A DNA stretch of 64,000 nucleotides from an uncultured delta proteobacterium (lineage in GTDB: Bacteria > Desulfobacterota > Binatia > UBA9968): assembly GCA_963804165.1 (NCBI GenBank), contig CAWDPO010000023.1:128001-192000 (forward strand). The letters are read 5' to 3'. The position numbers were made by a program, and so were the translations under genes. Below are positions 30,177 to 41,331 of this stretch, piece by piece; the first letter of the stretch is position 1, and each line of letters starts with the position of its first letter. The notes under the pieces were generated by a model that did no database searches, was not told the DNA's origin, and saw only the letters and a program-made list of their open reading frames with translations.

Positions 30177-31691
30177 TTAGGACGATTTGGCCACGAAATC
30201 GGGGTAAGCGACGTTGCCGTGCTCGCCGATATCGAGGCCTTCCATTTCCTCTTCCGCCGACACGCGAATGCCGATAGTCGCGGCGATGATCTTCCAAAAG
30301 ATCATTGCTATGGTGAACACAAAGGCGGCCACGCCGATGACCCCGGCCAATTGCGCCATCAAAAGACCAATGCCGCCGCCAAAGAACAAACCGTCGCCGG
30401 TGGTGTTGGGCGTAAACTCGGCCTGAGCGAATAAACCCACCGCCAAAGTTCCAAACACACCGCACACCAAGTGCACCGAGATAGCGCCCACCGGATCGTC
30501 AACTTTGATCTTGTCGAAGAAAAGCACCGAGACCACGACCAGAAACCCAGCGATTAGTCCGATAATCAGCGAACTCGGTATGCTGACAAAGGCGCAGGGC
30601 GCCGTGATCGCCACTAGCCCGGCCAACGCGCCGTTGAGAATCATGGATAGATCCGGTTTGCCTAAAAGCAGCCACGCGGTGATCGAAGCTGCAATCGCCG
30701 CGGCTGCCGCTGCCGTGTTGGTCGCCACCGCGATCCGTCCGATCGCGCCAGCGTCGGCCGCCATCGTGCTGCCGGGATTAAATCCAAACCAACCAAACCA
30801 CAAGACAAACACTCCAAGAGTCGCCAACGCCATGCTGTGGCCGGGTATCGGCAATACCCTGCCGTCCTTGCTGTACTTCCCTATGCGCGGACCAAGAGCT
30901 ATCGCTCCCGCCAGCGCGGCCCAGCCGCCCACCGAGTGCACCACCGTGGAGCCGGCAAAGTCGAACATGCCAAGCTTGGCCGCCCATCCTCCACCCCAAA
31001 TCCAGTGACCCGTAATCGGATAGATAATGCCGACCATCAAGAAACTGAAAATATAAAAAGCGCCAAACTTAACTCGCTCGGCGACTGCCCCGGAAACGAT
31101 CGTGGCCGCGGTTCCAGCAAAAACTAACTGGAAGAAAAACTTGGTCCACAACGGCACGCCGGTCCAATTCAACGACCCGTAAACCCCTTTATAAGCATCA
31201 GCCATCGCCGGACTGTTGTCGGCGCCACCGACAAACCATAGACCTTCAGTCCCAAAGAACGGATTGCCGTCGCCGAACATCAACCCCCAACCCAAAACCA
31301 AAAAGGCGATCGATGAAGCCGCGAACACCACAAAATTCTTGGCCAAAATCGTCACCGCGTTCTTCGCCCGGCAAAGACCGGACTCGACGGTGGCAAACCC
31401 CAGGTTCATGAAAAACACCAACATGCCGGCGATCAACGTCCACATCGTGTCCGCCGCCACCTTGGCGCCGCCGATCTGCTCCAATAACCCTTGGGTAAAC
31501 TGCGCCGGCGCCGCCCCGGGATCTTCTTTCTTCGCTTCCGCCACCGGTGCCGCAGGCGCAGGCGCTTCTACCTTCGCCGGCTCCGCCCCTGGAGCGGGCG
31601 GCTCCTGCGCCCAAGACGAAGATGCCATCAAGAACACACCAAACATCACTGACAATGACAGCAGTGCCGTTAATCTTTTTGCTATCTGCAT
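30177..31691 (-). CDS. amtB: Ammonium transporter
   Basis: FFQLVFA, DFAGSTVVH, WFGWFGFNPGS, DDPVGAISVH (twin His), EEEMEGLD. Confidence 0.96.
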   Translation of the reverse strand: MQIAKRLTALLSLSVMFGVFLMASSSWAQEPPAPGAEPAKVEAPAPAAPVAEAKKEDPGAAPAQFTQGLLEQIGGAKVAADTMWTLIAGMLVFFMNLGFATVESGLCRAKNAVTILAKNFVVFAASSIAFLVLGWGLMFGDGNPFFGTEGLWFVGGADNSPAMADAYKGVYGSLNWTGVPLWTKFFFQLVFAGTAATIVSGAVAERVKFGAFYIFSFLMVGIIYPITGHWIWGGGWAAKLGMFDFAGSTVVHSVGGWAALAGAIALGPRIGKYSKDGRVLPIPGHSMALATLGVFVLWFGWFGFNPGSTMAADAGAIGRIAVATNTAAAAAAIAASITAWLLLGKPDLSMILNGALAGLVAITAPCAFVSIPSSLIIGLIAGFLVVVSVLFFDKIKVDDPVGAISVHLVCGVFGTLAVGLFAQAEFTPNTTGDGLFFGGGIGLLMAQLAGVIGVAAFVFTIAMIFWKIIAATIGIRVSAEEEMEGLDIGEHGNVAYPDFVAKSS

Positions 31692-31713
31692 GATATTTCC
31701 CCCCCTCGTTTCA

Positions 31714-32094
<381 letters not shown>

Positions 32095-32130
32095 TCAACA
32101 GTTACGACCGCAGAATTTCGACACCCTTTT

Positions 32131-32146
32131 AGCAACGCGCATGCCT
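32131..32146 (-). promoter_or_regulatory. sigma-54 promoter of glnK-amtB
   Basis: AGGCATGCGCGTTGCT (GG-N10-GC). Confidence 0.7.
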
Positions 32147-32269
32147 TGCTCCATTGAAGCGCTTCGGTTCACGTTTTATTAACGCTCTAACGGTATAATT
32201 TTATGTCTTTTTTACGATCCTCGATGACTTATACGAGCAGCAGAAAAGTGCCTCGACCCAACCCGTGAC

Positions 32270-32306
32270 TGCTTATGTTTTGTGCAGCACGCCTATATAT
32301 TAAGCA
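32270..32306. promoter_or_regulatory. Paired NtrC-like boxes
   Basis: TGCTTATGTTTTGTGCA and CGCCTATATATTAAGCA, 20 bp apart. Confidence 0.65.
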
Positions 32307-32458
32307 GCACCTTGGGACGTCCAGTAATTTTACGGCAGGTCTGATCGCGTATTGGTCAACACGAAAAGACCGTCGCGGTCGAGCCGGACTGCTTCCGTGG
32401 AGTCGATCAACCGCGGCTTCGCAGCGCGACTTTCAGCGCGCACACATGACAGGCTTAA

Positions 32459-34055
32459 TTAATTGGGAACACGCAGGGTAAGAAAGCGTGTCGTCTCTCC
32501 ACGGTCTACCAGAACGAGGACGAGTTGATCTTTCTTGATATTGCTCGTTGTTTTTTTGAAGTCTGAAAGATTCTTGATTGCCTTGCGGTCGATTTCCAAA
32601 ATGACATCCCAAGGACGAAGTCCTGCCTTGTCTAGCGGCACTTCCGGGCACGACGGATCTTACGACAACCCCCTCCGCGCGACCCAAGTCCAGGCTTTCG
32701 GCAATCTGTGGTGTGACGTTCTGTATTGTCAGTCCCAAGTCATTTTTTTCATCCGCGGAGGCAATAGTCTCTTCCTCCTTCAACTCGCCGACGGGAACGG
32801 CTAGGCTTATTTGCTCCTTATCGCGGATCACTTTCACCTGAACATGTTTACCCACTGGCGTGCGAGCGACAACAAGGGGAAGATCGTCGGAATCTTCAAT
32901 CTTCTGATTGTCGAACTCAATGATGACATCGCCGGCTTTCATTCCCGCACGGTCTGCCGGGCTGTCGGCGCCTATAGAAGCCACCAAAGCGCCTCGCCGT
33001 TGTTCCAGCCCAAGACTCTCTGCAAGGGCGGGAGTTAGCCTCTGTATCGCCACCCCAAGCCAGCCGCGAACTACTTTTCCCTTGCTCTTGAGCTCAGGCA
33101 AAAGATCCTTGACCAAGTTGATTGGTATCGCAAAACCAATCCCAACATTGCCTCCACTTCGGCTAAAGATAGCCGTGTTTACTCCAACGACCTGTCCTTG
33201 CATGTTTATCAAAGGCCCGCCGGAGTTTCCTGGATTGATCGACGCATCGGTCTGAATGAAATTGTCATAAAGCCCAGCCCCTATAATTCGACCTTTCGCG
33301 CTGACAATTCCCGCGGTCACCGTCCTGTCCAGCCCGAAGGGATTGCCGATTGCTAGAATCCACTCACCGACTTGGAGTTCGTCTGAGTCTCCCAAGGAAA
33401 CTGTCGTGAGGCTTTCGTCCGCATCGATCTTTATCAGTGCAATATCAGTCTTTGGGTCTTTGCCGATTACGTTTGCCTCGAACTTCCTGCCGTCGGAGAG
33501 CCTAACCATGATTTCCTCGGCATTCATGATCACGTGATTGTTTGTGAGGATGTATCCGTCTGCGTCGATCACGAAGCCCGAACCCAGATCCCCTTTACGA
33601 AACGGACCTCTGGAACGAAACTGATGACCAAAAAATCTTTCCCAAAATTCCACAGAAGGATTGCCTTCCCCAAGGAGGTCTGGAAAAGGTTCCTGGAACG
33701 GTCGAGATCTTTCAACCGTCTGGCTCGTGGAAATATTGACTACGGCCGGGCTGAGTTTGTCGGCCAGTGAGACAAAGCTGGTAAGCTCTTTCGTGCCGGC
33801 AAAAGCGAGCTTAAGATTGTACTCTCCCGCCCAGCTCTGCATCACTCCGCATTCGCCACTTCCAACCCCGCCGGTCATGTACGCAAAACCTTGTTGCGTT
33901 ACTCCCCGCATAATCTCCGGATGATTTTCCGCTAGTACGTGAGCAGCGGTGATGTTTTCAACTGGTGTACATAGGGAAAAGCCAACGAAACTGCAGGCAA
34001 AGAAGACTCGCAATCGGTGCCGAGAGGATTTGATTCCGTCATATAACGGTTTCAT
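32459..34055 (-). CDS. degQ: DegQ/HtrA serine protease with two PDZ domains and an unusual N-terminal extension; frameshift near 32640
   Basis: GSGF, TNNHV, DIALIK, QTDASINPGNSGGPL, RGWLGV. Confidence 0.9.
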
Positions 34056-34093
34056 GTTTCCTTCTCCTTCGTTCTTCTCTTAACCAAAAGAGC

Positions 34094-34108
34094 GCAACTT
34101 ACATGCCA
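34094..34108 (-). promoter_or_regulatory. sigma-54 promoter of the degQ-like gene
   Basis: TGGCATGTAAGTTGC; palindrome TGTGAAAAATTTTACA at 34182-34197 upstream. Confidence 0.7.
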
Positions 34109-34369
34109 GTCTGCATTTGTCAGATATTTTTCAGCGGTTCGAATATTTCGAGCTGCGAAGGGCAAATGCGTCGGTTCTACATGTGAAAAATTTTACACGG
34201 ACGCTTGCAGTGGGTGTGCATAGCTTACACAGAGCTTAACTGACAGCATCGACGTGTTAGAAACCGAACCAAACGAACCGTTACTTGCGAGCCCCTCCAT
34301 AAACGAGCACCAGAAAATTTCGCCGTTTGCCTTTCTGGCGCACGAGAACGCCAGCCTTTGTTCACATCA

Positions 34370-34530
34370 GAGGGTAAAAGAGAATTTCGTTGAATCAGCT
34401 TTCCAGCCTTTTCACTGGAAATACGAGTGATGACGAGCTTGGATTTATTGGCCCTTTTTAGCGCGAGGACGCCAACGTGTTCCTTCGACGTTCCGGCAGG
34501 AATGCTGAGCGGACGTTGAAAATCCATTTG
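34370..34530 (-). pseudogene. C-terminal remnant of a TctC-like gene with an internal deletion
   Basis: MDFQRPLSIPAGTSKEHVGVL..ANKSKLVITRISSE matches the YDFQRPL.PP.TPK..AKKSK tail of neighbouring paralogs. Confidence 0.55.
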
Positions 34531-34568
34531 TGCCAGGGCTCGATATAAGGTCGTCTAAAGAACGCAAA

Positions 34569-35685
34569 TCAATTGATGTCTTGTGTCAGTCGAGCGTCGC
34601 CGCGTCCATCGGACTCCGGCTCTGTTTCCGATTTCATATAAACCGTGCGAATCGGGAACGGAATCACGATCCCTGTCTCCCGATACTTTGCTTGCAACGC
34701 CTTGATGAATTCATGTTTGATCAAATAATTATCCACAAACGTGCGCGCACGTAGGATCACGGTAAAATCGATGCTCGACTGATTGAAGGTGTGATACCGA
34801 ATGAAAGGATCGAAGCTGGGCACGCCACCAGGTACTTTCCCCATGATTTCCCTAGCAACTTGTTTCGTCACCTGTTCAACTTTTTTGAGATCGCTGTCGT
34901 AATGGACACCGGCTTCCACCAACACGGCGACTTCCGGATCCGGCAAGTCGTAGTTGATGATCGTGCTTTGAACGAGCTTGCTGTTAGGTACCACTGCAGT
35001 CTTGTTGGCTAGCATCTTGATTCGAGTGCTGCGCCAGCCGATGTGTTCAACGTAACCCTCGTCACCGTTCACCAGACGAACAAACTGTCCAACTTCGATG
35101 GGGCGGTCAGCTTGAATATGAAGGCTGGCAAAAAAGTTCCCGAGCGTATCCTGGAGCGCAATCGCCACGGCCAAGCTGCCTATACCGAGAGTCGTTATCA
35201 GAGGTGTGAGAGAGATCCCGAGATTGTCCAGAATGAGCATTCCGCCGACCATGACAAGAATAATTTTCGTGACCAGCTCTGCCGGACCTTGGATGTTCCG
35301 AAGAGGTTCATAACGGAGAGCGATATTACGGAAACCCAGTAAAACGCCTCTGGTCACGATAAGGATGGCGATGCCAAGGCCTGTGAGGGATAAAAGGCGA
35401 TCGGCGATGCGCGCGACTTTCGGAGATAAGGGAGCGGCGTCTAATACTAACAACAACCCGAGCACAATCAGCAATGGAAAAAAGATAGCGCTCCACCAGC
35501 CACGTCACACGGCTATCAATGTTTATGGATGCTCGCTTTGCTCCCGCCCGGAGAACTCGCAGCGTGATGACGTAAAACAGGTAGGCCAAACAGCTCGTCG
35601 CGGTGACAAGCAGAGATAAAACTACCGCGGGCGTCATCGGGATTTTGAAGCCGAAGGCTTCTGTTATTGCATCGACCAATTCCAA
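34569..35685 (-). CDS. mscS: Small-conductance mechanosensitive channel; frameshift near 35480
   Basis: LGIGSLAVAIALQDTLGNFF, GYVEHIGWRSTRI, VPNSKL, GIVIPFP. Confidence 0.88.
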
Positions 35686-35696
35686 TTTACGCCTCG

Positions 35697-37814
35697 TTAT
35701 CCGCTGGCCGCGAAAAGATTTCGCACGGCCGGAATATCCACGTTCACCCATTCGAACAGAGTGCCGTCTGGAAGCGGCATCTGCAGTCCGTAATCGAAAA
35801 GGCCGTAAAAGAACAACCAGCTGGCTAGCGTCAGCTCCAATGTAATCGGCCATTTCTCTCGCGCAGCCAATTTAAGGTACAGAAACGTGGCAATGGCGGA
35901 TGCCGTCATAAAGCCTAGTAACCAAATAGCAACGAAAAAACCGACGATCCAAGAAGCGATTGAAATCGTTCTCCTGCGCGCGATCATCGGATGTATTTCC
36001 GGTTCGCCGTATACTGTCTCTTCCACTTTGACCTTTCGCGTCGCTTGGAGACACTCCCTCATAAAGACATAATAAGCCAATACAAGGCTCGGAACGCCAA
36101 TCACCCACGGGAACAGAGCCGCGCGCGGTTCAAAAGCCCCAAACCCAAATTGAGCTTGGTAGAGAACGTAGCCGAAGATCCCTACGAAAAGAAAGGCAAA
36201 TAGACCATGAGCATGGCGTGATCTTAACGGCACTGGCTCTGTCCTAAACGATCCTGCGAGTTTTTCTTGGTTCGGGTCGCCTTGTGAATTTCTCGAACGT
36301 TTGAGGCGCGTCTCAAAATAGGGATAGAGCAATCCTGTCGCTATGATGAGCTCTATAACAATGACCCCGGGATGTGTTAGCCAGGTGTAACCATATATAC
36401 GGCTAGCGATAAACAGATTGTTCTCGGCAATCCCGCCTAACACTAAGCCAAGCAGCAGCGGCGGTCGCTGCCAGTCGAACTTGACCATCAACCAACCCAA
36501 CGCCCCAAATATGAGTACGAGCAGGATGTCGCCAAAGCTGTTCTTGGTTGCAAAGCCACCCAGGTAAACCAATAAAAGGAGAAACGGAATGAGGTAGGTT
36601 CCTTTGACGAAGGTGATCTTCGCGAGTTGATTCAAAAAAAGAAAACAAATTGCGACCGTAATAATATTAGTAACTACGATGATCCAAACCATAGAAAAGG
36701 TAAGCGTTAAGTGTTTCGCCGGATTCAACAGATCGGGACCGGGCACGATACCTTGGATAATAAACGCGCCTAGAAGAATCGCCATCGAAACGCTGCCGGG
36801 TACGCCGAAGGCTAAAGTTGGAATTAACGACCCGCCTTCTTTCGAATTATTAGCCGCGCCGGGACCAAGCACGCCTTCCACCGCACCCTTGCCGAAGCGC
36901 TCCTTACTTGGAGAGCTCTGCACAGCATGAGCATAGGCCAGCCACTGGGCCGGACCACCGCCCATTCCCGGTATGAGGCCGATGTAAGCACCGATACCGC
37001 TACAACGCAGAACGAGTTTCCAATGACGGAATGTATCCTTTACCCCTTCCAACACTCCGCCCAGTTTTGTCGGTTGATTGGGGCCAGCGATACTGGAACC
37101 TTTAACCGCCAGATCGATGATTTCTGGAATGGCAAAGAGACCGATCGTTACACTGATCAACGACACCCCATCCCATAAAAAGAGTGCGTTATCCTCACCC
37201 AATACGCCTTCAAGGGTGAACCGCGGAATACTCTCAATCGGGTCGAGTCCGACCATTGCGAGCACCAGCCCTAGGCCACCTGCCACGAGCCCTTTCGGCA
37301 CGTTTTCACCGCTCAGGGACGCAACAAATGTAATACCGAGTAACGCGAGCATGAAAAATTCTGCTGAGCCGATGGAGAGAACTAACGGGCTCACGATCGG
37401 TATCGCCAATGCCAGAATGAAAGCGCCGAACACGGCGCCCACCAGAGAGCTCATGAGAGCCGCCCCCAATGCCCGTCCCGCCTGGCCGCTCTTTGCCATC
37501 GGATGTCCATCGACAATAGTAGCGGCAGTAATGCCCTCTCCCGGCACGCCAAAGAGCACGGATGTAATATCCCCGGTCGTGGCGGTGACGGCGTTCGAGC
37601 CCAGGAGGAAGGCGAAGGCCGTCGTCGGCTCCATGTTGTAGATGAAGGGCAACATGAGAGCCAAAGTAGTAGCACCGCCAAGGCCGGGGAGGATGCCGAC
37701 GGCGAATCCGATCGCCATGCCGAGCATCATATAGAGAAATGTTTCGGTCCCTTGCGTTGTAAACGGCAAGATGTTGATGAGCCCCTGATTAAACGCTTGG
37801 AGATATTCCAGCAT
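35697..37814 (-). CDS. Fused TctA-TctB tripartite tricarboxylate transporter membrane protein
   Basis: VGILPGLG, FGVPGE, DGHPMAK.G.A..ALG, ANNSKEGGSLIPTL.FGVPG; TctB-like tail (ALFPWVIG...F.YGLQMPLP.G). Confidence 0.88.
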   Translation of the reverse strand: MLEYLQAFNQGLINILPFTTQGTETFLYMMLGMAIGFAVGILPGLGGATTLALMLPFIYNMEPTTAFAFLLGSNAVTATTGDITSVLFGVPGEGITAATIVDGHPMAKSGQAGRALGAALMSSLVGAVFGAFILALAIPIVSPLVLSIGSAEFFMLALLGITFVASLSGENVPKGLVAGGLGLVLAMVGLDPIESIPRFTLEGVLGEDNALFLWDGVSLISVTIGLFAIPEIIDLAVKGSSIAGPNQPTKLGGVLEGVKDTFRHWKLVLRCSGIGAYIGLIPGMGGGPAQWLAYAHAVQSSPSKERFGKGAVEGVLGPGAANNSKEGGSLIPTLAFGVPGSVSMAILLGAFIIQGIVPGPDLLNPAKHLTLTFSMVWIIVVTNIITVAICFLFLNQLAKITFVKGTYLIPFLLLLVYLGGFATKNSFGDILLVLIFGALGWLMVKFDWQRPPLLLGLVLGGIAENNLFIASRIYGYTWLTHPGVIVIELIIATGLLYPYFETRLKRSRNSQGDPNQEKLAGSFRTEPVPLRSRHAHGLFAFLFVGIFGYVLYQAQFGFGAFEPRAALFPWVIGVPSLVLAYYVFMRECLQATRKVKVEETVYGEPEIHPMIARRRTISIASWIVGFFVAIWLLGFMTASAIATFLYLKLAAREKWPITLELTLASWLFFYGLFDYGLQMPLPDGTLFEWVNVDIPAVRNLFAASG

Positions 37815-37823
37815 GTTGGCCTC

Positions 37824-38858
37824 CTAGGAGGTCGGCCGTTTCCTGAACAAGAACTCGAGCCGCTGTTTTACCTCAGGCGACGCTGAATAAATCTGCTCGA
37901 CGTACTGTTCGATTTTTTCGCCGGAAATGTAGTCAACCGTAAGCTTCGATTTCTGGGCATCCGCTTTGTAGTCTTTGTCTTCCGTCGTAGCCTTGAACGC
38001 CTTGCGAAAGATGCTGATAGCCTCAGTCGGGGAGCCGGGAGGAAGCGAGAACGGCCGAGCGAATTCATTAGCAGCGTTCCAAGCGTTGAAAGCGTTGAGA
38101 TCGTCCTTATCTTTGATCACGTCGCGAAACTGGGCGATGTTCCTAACCTCCGGGTCTTCCCATTTGCCATTGATGATAAATGGAATCATCTTATCGTCGC
38201 CCTTGGTGTCGAGCATCGCCCGCGCCGTGGACCGCATGGAATCCCATGTCCAACAAGCGCCGTCCACTTCTCGGGAGCGCATCGCGAGGCGGATCTTTGA
38301 AGTGCCGGTATAGCCCGGAATCACTTCAAAATTTGAGCCGGCCCAGCGGTTGAGCATTTCCGGCAATTGCGTCGTATTGCCGGCCCGGGTGGCGCCCATG
38401 CGCACCACCTTTTTGGATTTAAGGATGTCGTCGAAAGTCTTGAGGCCGGTAAACCCCATAATCGCGCACGCAACCGAATCTTTGCTTGGCGAACCGATCC
38501 AGCCGAACTTTCGGCCGTCAATACGCAGGCTGCGATCTCCCATCACATGATTGAAAACGTTGTGGGCATTCCATATCCCCACGGTTACACCGTTCTTCTC
38601 CGCCTTGTTGTACATGTAGTTGGCGGCAATCACGCTGCCAGCCCCATCCATGTTTTCAACCACCGTCGACGGATTGCCGGGAATATAGCGACTGATGTAG
38701 CGGGCGACGGTACGAGTATAGGCGTCGTAACCGCCACCGGCGGCAAATCCGACGATGAAACGAATATTCTTCCCGGAATAAAATTCCTCAGCAAGGGTGC
38801 TGGATTTGACCGCGAGCAGGAAAACCACGAAGGCAAGTACGCCTACTAATGTCCGCAT
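37824..38858 (-). CDS. TctC/Bug family substrate-binding protein
   Basis: FYSGKNIRFIVGFAAGGGYDAYTR, CWTWDS, RPFSLPPG. Confidence 0.9.
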   Translation of the reverse strand: MRTLVGVLAFVVFLLAVKSSTLAEEFYSGKNIRFIVGFAAGGGYDAYTRTVARYISRYIPGNPSTVVENMDGAGSVIAANYMYNKAEKNGVTVGIWNAHNVFNHVMGDRSLRIDGRKFGWIGSPSKDSVACAIMGFTGLKTFDDILKSKKVVRMGATRAGNTTQLPEMLNRWAGSNFEVIPGYTGTSKIRLAMRSREVDGACWTWDSMRSTARAMLDTKGDDKMIPFIINGKWEDPEVRNIAQFRDVIKDKDDLNAFNAWNAANEFARPFSLPPGSPTEAISIFRKAFKATTEDKDYKADAQKSKLTVDYISGEKIEQYVEQIYSASPEVKQRLEFLFRKRPTS

Positions 38859-38933
38859 AATGGCTCCTTTGGTTGTTCTATTTCTCTTGAGCAATTTCCA
38901 TGTAAATAGCTTTCTGGTGTAGCGTTGAGAGCG

Positions 38934-39428
38934 TCAATCCTCTGTTTGTTTTCTAATCTCCCCATCTCCGCGGACGAGATATGTCGCCCTCTGGTTTTGG
39001 TCGAGATAAATATCCCGAATGAGCACGATCTTGTTCTTGATACGTGCCATGATCGTGTAACTGCCAGGCGGGAGTTGAATGTAAAACCTCGGGCCGTGCA
39101 GCGTCACTTTATCGACGCGACGGTTTTGGTTGTCTCCAATCAACAGGAGAACCGGCGAGACCAAGAGGCTCAACGGTGGTGCAAAAACCAATTGGAGATT
39201 GTACGGTGCTGATTGCCGCTCCATGGTCTGTTGTTCATCGATGGCCCTACCACCGGTCATGTAATAGAACCCTCCTGCTGTTTTACCGCGAGTTATGCTC
39301 GTAACCGCAAACTCAGGTTTTCGTGCATCACTGAACTGTTGAGAAACCAGGAGAAAAACGACTGTCGATATTGCTGAAACCAGGCTGCCGCAACGAGCGC
39401 TAGAGAAATGTATAGTTTTCACGATCAT
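38934..39428 (-). CDS. Secreted protein, carboxypeptidase-regulatory-like/transthyretin-like fold family
   Basis: Signal peptide, YMTGG...YNLQLVFA...GPRFYIQLPPGSYTI. Confidence 0.6.
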   Translation of the reverse strand: MIVKTIHFSSARCGSLVSAISTVVFLLVSQQFSDARKPEFAVTSITRGKTAGGFYYMTGGRAIDEQQTMERQSAPYNLQLVFAPPLSLLVSPVLLLIGDNQNRRVDKVTLHGPRFYIQLPPGSYTIMARIKNKIVLIRDIYLDQNQRATYLVRGDGEIRKQTED

Positions 39429-39511
39429 CGTTTCCGAGCTCGTAAACCAATGTCGTTAAAGCGTCTCATGGCCCGTATCCGTTTCGCGATTTGCTGGTCT
39501 ATGCAGCCTAG

Positions 39512-40123
39512 TTAAAATCCCCAGTGAAGCGTGCGCACGAGACGCTTTCCTTCGGACACTTCCAGTCCTTGAATCTCGATTGGTGTCGCCGCATACGTCG
39601 CTTTGACTCGATAACTGCCCGGTGGGAGTTTGACGTAAAGCCACGGACCGTTTGTCACGACGTGCGCCAAGCGTTTACCGTGCAAATCGTCGATGACAAC
39701 CCGAACATCAGAGATATAGTCTCCCGACGCCTCTGCGAATACGAACTTCACGTTATAATCCGTGCCCAAATTTTCTATAGTTTCCCGTTCGTCCGAACCT
39801 ATGCCTCCCATCAGGTAGCGGATACCCTCGTCGCTCGTGGCCATCAAAATTCCTGGCGGAGCCGGGAATTGAGATTGCGCGAGGGCGTTTTCTCGGAGGA
39901 GCACCGCGAGCGAACTGCCTAACATAAAAATTGTCGCGGCGAGCAAGGTATTAGCAAAGAGATGATTAGCAGCCGGAAGACCTCTTTGGCCATCGGAGGT
40001 ATCAAAGATGAATCGGATCGATTTGCTGCGAAAACACTCTCGGACGAAGGCTTGAACTTTGATCAAGACGAAAAATAATCCAAAGATGCTAAATGCCGCG
40101 AGTTTCGAAATTCTCCTTTTCAT
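39512..40123 (-). CDS. Secreted carboxypeptidase-regulatory-like domain protein with a TctC-derived degenerate N-terminus
   Basis: YLMGGIG.DER...YNVKFVFA..SG.YISDV...GPWLYVKLPPGSY...LHW. Confidence 0.65.
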   Translation of the reverse strand: MKRRISKLAAFSIFGLFFVLIKVQAFVRECFRSKSIRFIFDTSDGQRGLPAANHLFANTLLAATIFMLGSSLAVLLRENALAQSQFPAPPGILMATSDEGIRYLMGGIGSDERETIENLGTDYNVKFVFAEASGDYISDVRVVIDDLHGKRLAHVVTNGPWLYVKLPPGSYRVKATYAATPIEIQGLEVSEGKRLVRTLHWGF

Positions 40124-40234
40124 TAACACTCCTCCGTTAGCGTCGATGCGCCGGCATCTCGCTAAAATATGCTTTCGCTAATTTTCACCGGACGGACTCC
40201 GGGGCTTGGGCCATCATTAGGCCGTTTTACGCGC

Positions 40235-41287
40235 TTAATTTGTTTCCTTTCTCACTAGAAACTGAAGTCCCTCTTTTGCCTTTGGAGAAATATCCAGTAT
40301 TTCTTTCACCAAGCCGTTGATTTCATCCGCGGAAACGTACTCCAGTTCGAGTTTGGTCTTTTTCGCTTCGGCAAGAAATTCCGGATCCTCGAAGGTTTCC
40401 TTAAAGGCTTTACGGAGGGTTTCTACGCGGTCTTTTGGCACCCCGGGAGGCATAACCCATGGACGTTGAAATTCATATTGATTGATCCATGCGTTGTAGA
40501 GCTGTACGCCGTCATCACCGGCTTTCGATTTAATATAATCGCGAGCTAGAGGAACGTTCTTCAACTCCTTATCTTCCCACTTTCTGTGAACTAATATCGG
40601 GATGAGTTTTTGATCGCCGGTGGCGTCCAACATGGCTCGTGCAGTAACCCGCGCCGATTCCCAACCCCAGCAGCCGCCGTCGAGTTCCGTTGATCTCATC
40701 GCGACGGTAATTAGCGATGTGCCCTTGTAGCCATTGATAACGTTAAACTTCGTGCCGACGGTTTGATTTAAGATCTTCGGCAAATCGTTATATGTAGAAC
40801 CTGCCCTGGTGGATCCCATCTTGAGCGCCTTGCCGGACTTGACAACTTCGTCCATGGACTTCAGGCCGGTAAAGCCCATGATGTTGCAACTTGGTGAGCC
40901 TTTAACGGGCGCGCCGATCCAGTTTAGTTTTTTGCCGTCCAATCTGACCGCTTTATCGCCAAGCGCCTGATAAAGAATATACGCGCTGTTCCAAACGCCG
41001 ATGAAGGTGCCGTCGCGCTCGGCTTTACTGTAGGTGTAATTCGCCGCGATAAGGCTTCCTGCACCCTCCATGTTGTCGACGACAAAACTCGGGTTACCAG
41101 GAATATGTTTTCCGAGGTGGCGGGCGATAGCTCTCGCGTACGTGTCGTAGCCTCCGCCGGGGGCCAAGCCTACGGTGACCCGAATAGTTTTATCCTTGTA
41201 AAAATCGTCAGCCGTAGCGCTTGAAGCATTGGCCATCATAAACAACGCTGCAGTCGCGCCCGCCAAGGATCCCAGTGGGTTTTTCAT
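40235..41287 (-). CDS. TctC/Bug family substrate-binding protein
   Basis: DDFYKDKTIR, GGGYDTYAR, CWGWES, YEFQRPW. Confidence 0.9.
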   Translation of the reverse strand: MKNPLGSLAGATAALFMMANASSATADDFYKDKTIRVTVGLAPGGGYDTYARAIARHLGKHIPGNPSFVVDNMEGAGSLIAANYTYSKAERDGTFIGVWNSAYILYQALGDKAVRLDGKKLNWIGAPVKGSPSCNIMGFTGLKSMDEVVKSGKALKMGSTRAGSTYNDLPKILNQTVGTKFNVINGYKGTSLITVAMRSTELDGGCWGWESARVTARAMLDATGDQKLIPILVHRKWEDKELKNVPLARDYIKSKAGDDGVQLYNAWINQYEFQRPWVMPPGVPKDRVETLRKAFKETFEDPEFLAEAKKTKLELEYVSADEINGLVKEILDISPKAKEGLQFLVRKETN

Positions 41288-41331
41288 CTGATCCTCCTCT
41301 GTGAGTTTTCGTCGTTTGCTTACTGCACAGC

